Part shown: positions 60,926-64,000 of the stretch, piece after piece | Position numbering within the stretch: the stretch's first letter is position 1 | How the letters are laid out: each line of letters begins with the position of its first letter | Assembly: GCA_047601445.1 (NCBI GenBank) | Contig: JASGJH010000001.1 | Coordinates: 4,608,001 to 4,672,000 of the forward strand | Direction of reading: 5' to 3' | DNA: 64,000 nucleotides | From: Myxococcales bacterium | Lineage (GTDB): Bacteria > Myxococcota_A > Polyangia > Polyangiales > DASUME01 | The notes under the pieces: model-generated | The model's input: only the letters and a program-made list of their open reading frames with translations | Databases searched by the model: none | What the model was told of the DNA's origin: nothing | Program-made: the position numbers and the translations under genes

Positions 60926-62314
60926 TCACCCGGCGGAGGAAGGGCGTGCACCCGGTGGTGGATGGTGCCCGCGCGGGCTGCCTGGCGTGCCTGCCTGACG
61001 GTCATTCAGCTGGCGCTTGACGAGGTAGTACCCGCCCCAGAAAAACACTGCCCAGGCTGCCCCCACCAGGGCCAGATAGCCCATCAAGCGGCGCAACCCG
61101 CGATCTAGCTCGGCACGCACCACGCCCAATCGTTGGTCCCCGCGCCCTTCGGGCACCAGGTTCTGCACCTCCTTCACCAGATCGTAGCTGCGTTGGCTGA
61201 GCTGATTGGAGCTGGCGAGCACGCTCTCGATGGCCGTGACCTCCTGCCCCTGCGAGTTCACACGCGACGCGAGCAGCGGAGAGAGGCGGTCGGCCAGGGG
61301 CGTGAGCGACGTGTTCAATAGGCGCACTTCCTGGGTGGCGACGGTGGCGTTCTGAGTGAGCTGTGTCAGCTCACGCACGAGTGGCTCGAGCTTGCCCGTG
61401 CGCTCGAGCAAGTCCGCGCTCTGTCCGATGATCGCGCTCGTGCGCACGAGCAGCTCCTCGGTGCGGTCGAGCAGCTTGGCCTGCCCCGCCAGCTGTCGCA
61501 CTCCATCCTGGGTCACCTCGGCGGCGCCGATACGAGCCTGGATGCGGATCAAGAAGGGCGCACGCTGCGCAAAGAACATGGCCCGCTCGCCCAGTAGCAC
61601 CGCCTCGTCGGCGGTTCGCGTCACCGATTGCACCCCTCCGAGCAAGCCCGCATCGGCGTGCTGCTCGGTGGCCTGCGTACCTGCGGTTCGAGAGAACTCG
61701 GCCAGGCGCACCATCTCCACGCGCTCTTGCCCCGGGTTCTCGGCTTGCCACTGCGCGATCAGCCCGTGCAGGCGGGTCACCTGTGCGGGCGACAGCAGCT
61801 CCTCGCCGAGCCCCCAGATCTCCGCTTCCGAGCGCTTGAGCGCCGCCAATACAGGCTCACTGGGCGGACCGAACACATCCGGCATCCAGTAACTCTCGAA
61901 CTTGCTGCGCGTGAGCTCCATGAACACCAGCAGATCGAGCAGGTTCACCAGCGGACTCTTGCCCGACACGATGTCGAGCATCGACGAGTCGTAGAGCAAC
62001 CAGCGCTTCATCAGCAGGAATTGCTTGTCCGCGTCCAGCTCCGCATAAACCTTCTCCATGGCCCACGCGGAACGGTCGAAGAATTGACCCGCGAAGCGCT
62101 GCAGCTCCTGCTGCAACTCCGCCTCGGACACCGAGCGCCCATGCTTGTTCTTGCCGACCTCGCGCGCGCCGCCCGTCTTCATGTGTGCGCAGCTGGGCTC
62201 GGCCAAGAGCACCAGCGCGCCCAAGGCCAGCGCGCCGCAGATGCGCTGCCGACGGCAGACGCCACGAGCCGAGGATGAAGGTAACGACGGAACGCTGGAT
62301 GGTGGACGCCCCAT
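60926..62314 (-). CDS. Hypothetical exported helical protein with C-terminal TM
   Basis: N-terminal hydrophobic segment with Cys; coiled-coil-rich; TM YLALVGAAWAVFFWGGYY. Confidence 0.75.
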   Translation of the reverse strand: MGRPPSSVPSLPSSSARGVCRRQRICGALALGALVLLAEPSCAHMKTGGAREVGKNKHGRSVSEAELQQELQRFAGQFFDRSAWAMEKVYAELDADKQFLLMKRWLLYDSSMLDIVSGKSPLVNLLDLLVFMELTRSKFESYWMPDVFGPPSEPVLAALKRSEAEIWGLGEELLSPAQVTRLHGLIAQWQAENPGQERVEMVRLAEFSRTAGTQATEQHADAGLLGGVQSVTRTADEAVLLGERAMFFAQRAPFLIRIQARIGAAEVTQDGVRQLAGQAKLLDRTEELLVRTSAIIGQSADLLERTGKLEPLVRELTQLTQNATVATQEVRLLNTSLTPLADRLSPLLASRVNSQGQEVTAIESVLASSNQLSQRSYDLVKEVQNLVPEGRGDQRLGVVRAELDRGLRRLMGYLALVGAAWAVFFWGGYYLVKRQLNDRQAGTPGSPRGHHPPPGARPSSAG

Positions 62315-62429
62315 CCTCTAGCGTGGCTCGCCGCTTCCCTGCGCGGCAAGCCGCGCGCGACGTTCGGTTCCACAGCTCCGCACGCTCGCGCCACGCATCA
62401 AGCGCATCAGCACGCGCCCTGCATGGAAC

Positions 62430-63764
62430 TCAGTGACGGCGACGCCGCGCAATGCTCCACGCCGCCAGCAGGATGCCCGCGCCGAACAGTCCGCGCTGCG
62501 GCCCATGCGACTGCCCTGGCACATCGCAGCCGCAGCCATCGCCGTGCGAACCCGCTGCGGGACCTGCATCGGCTCCCGCATCCTCCGGCACGCTCGCGTC
62601 GGCCTGGACGCCAGCATCCAGTCCATCGGGAAAGATTTCGATCTTCCAGTCGAGCCAGGGCACGCGGCACACGCTGTCTAAATCCCCGCCGCAGGCCTTG
62701 TTCTCGCGCACGTCGGTGAACACCATGGCCTGCTCGAAGGCGTCCGAGCCCACGTGCCGCACGAACACGCCCTCGAGATTGGGCAACTGATTGGCGCAGA
62801 TCCAGAGCTCGCCCGCGTGCTCGGCCAAACATCGCACCGCCTGAAACTCCGGGTACTCGCGAGTGAAGGTCAAGCCCCCGTCTCGGGAGTGGTAGAGCCC
62901 GTCGGCTCCGAACCAAACCTCCGTGCCGTCGGCACTTGAGAGGAACGAAGTGAACGGCTTGGGTACCTCGGTGATCTGGGCGAAGGTCTGCCCCGCGTCG
63001 GTGCTGCGCCAGAGGCGCGCGCCCTCGGTCCCCGAGATGAACTCGTAGGCGAACACCACGTCGGGGTTCTGCGGGTGCACCAGCGCTGGCGTGAGGTCGC
63101 TGTCGGTCTGGCGCTGGGACCAGCTGCTGCCGCCGTCCGACGACACCAGCCACAACGACCAGATCTGCTGGGTGTCCAGGTTCAACCCGGACCCTGTTGC
63201 GTAGATGCGCTGCGCATTGGAGGGCGCCGCCAGAAGCCCAGAGTACGTATCCAGGTTGGGGAAGCGGTACAGCACGGACCAGGTCGCCCCAAAGTCCTCG
63301 CTCGCCCAGATGCCGCTGACGTCGGGCTTCGCCAGCGTGCTCAACACCAGGCGCTCCGGCTTCGCGCTCGACTCCGTCACTCCGCCGAGATAGCCACCGA
63401 GTGGAGCCATACTGGCCGCGTCGAAGCTCGTCGTGAACGAACAAGCTCCGTCCACACTCGTGAGCACCGACTTGTTGGTGGCGACCGTGAGCCCGTTGGC
63501 CCCATCGGTGGTGACCCAGGGAACCGACGTCGCCGCCTCACCATAGGCTTCGTTGCAGCGCAGGCTGAACGGCGAAGGCGAGCCCTCCGGGTTCTTGAAC
63601 ACCAACCCGCGGTTCGTCACCACGATGGGGAAGCTGCTCTCCGCATTGGGCCAGAGCAGCGCTCTGCCTGCGGGGGGTTCATGCGCGCTCGCCGTCTTTG
63701 CCCCGAGCAGGGCAAGGACGGCGGCGGTGCACACGCTTGAATGGAGGCTTCGACGGAGAGTCAC
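62430..63764 (-). CDS. BNR/Asp-box beta-propeller protein with MYXO-CTERM-like tail
   Basis: Signal peptide; SEDFGATW, SSDGGSSW, STDAGQTF, SRDGGLTF; GCGC-TM-RRRR tail. Confidence 0.85.
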   Translation of the reverse strand: MTLRRSLHSSVCTAAVLALLGAKTASAHEPPAGRALLWPNAESSFPIVVTNRGLVFKNPEGSPSPFSLRCNEAYGEAATSVPWVTTDGANGLTVATNKSVLTSVDGACSFTTSFDAASMAPLGGYLGGVTESSAKPERLVLSTLAKPDVSGIWASEDFGATWSVLYRFPNLDTYSGLLAAPSNAQRIYATGSGLNLDTQQIWSLWLVSSDGGSSWSQRQTDSDLTPALVHPQNPDVVFAYEFISGTEGARLWRSTDAGQTFAQITEVPKPFTSFLSSADGTEVWFGADGLYHSRDGGLTFTREYPEFQAVRCLAEHAGELWICANQLPNLEGVFVRHVGSDAFEQAMVFTDVRENKACGGDLDSVCRVPWLDWKIEIFPDGLDAGVQADASVPEDAGADAGPAAGSHGDGCGCDVPGQSHGPQRGLFGAGILLAAWSIARRRRH

Positions 63765-63800
63765 TACACCTGAGGTGTACCAGCTCCGCTCGCTATCGCG

Positions 63801-64000
63801 CTACTGGATGCAGCTACCGGCGCCGCAGGAGATGCCTTCGACCACGCTTCCGAGGCAGCTACCACCACCGTGCAGGGTCTTGTCTCCGTTGAAGAGCGCG
63901 CCCTTCGGGTACGCCACGGTGAACATGTAACACATCTCAGCCGTGGTCTGCGTGCCGAAGGTCGGTGTGCTCTTGTTGTCCGCCGTGGGCGCGTAGTCGC
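63801..64000 (-). CDS. C-terminus of a copper type II (PHM/DBH-like) monooxygenase-domain protein (partial)
   Basis: Manual translation DYAP..TFGTQTTAEMCYMFTVAYP..SCIQ*; G..T..EMC is the CuM Met motif. Not in ORF track. Confidence 0.7.
   Translation of the reverse strand, partial: DYAPTADNKSTPTFGTQTTAEMCYMFTVAYPKGALFNGDKTLHGGGSCLGSVVEGISCGAGSCIQ

Overview
GC-rich chromosomal segment of a myxobacterium (Myxococcota, probably Polyangiales-like). The inference rests on eukaryote-type Ser/Thr kinases, Cys-rich vWA lipoproteins, MYXO-CTERM-like tails and a sigma-54 promoter. It holds about 50 CDSs, four tRNAs (Ser-CGA, Ser-GGA, Ser-GCT, Arg-ACG) and the SRP RNA. I saw no IS, prophage, rRNA or CRISPR array. 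Housekeeping-type genes include recA, comM, tadA, fbaB, oxyR and a MacAB-TolC operon. The main candidates for new biology are: (1) a five-gene trans-envelope operon of unknown substrate (lipoprotein, DUF1302-like barrel, DUF1329-like periplasmic protein, YCF48/BNR propeller, MMPL-type RND) next to lipid-metabolism genes and an AraC regulator; (2) an unannotated structured RNA candidate divergent from oxyR behind a perfect OxyR-type box, in an oxyS-like position; (3) a surface-anchored His-brace (LPMO-like) protein and a surface-anchored TIMP-like protein; (4) mirror-image heptamer repeat arrays between two convergent genes; (5) a dCache receptor Ser/Thr kinase operon. Three genes carry single-base insertions, all at AGATC, which suggests motif-linked sequencing errors rather than true pseudogenes. 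All family calls come from motif recognition by eye; no searches were run.
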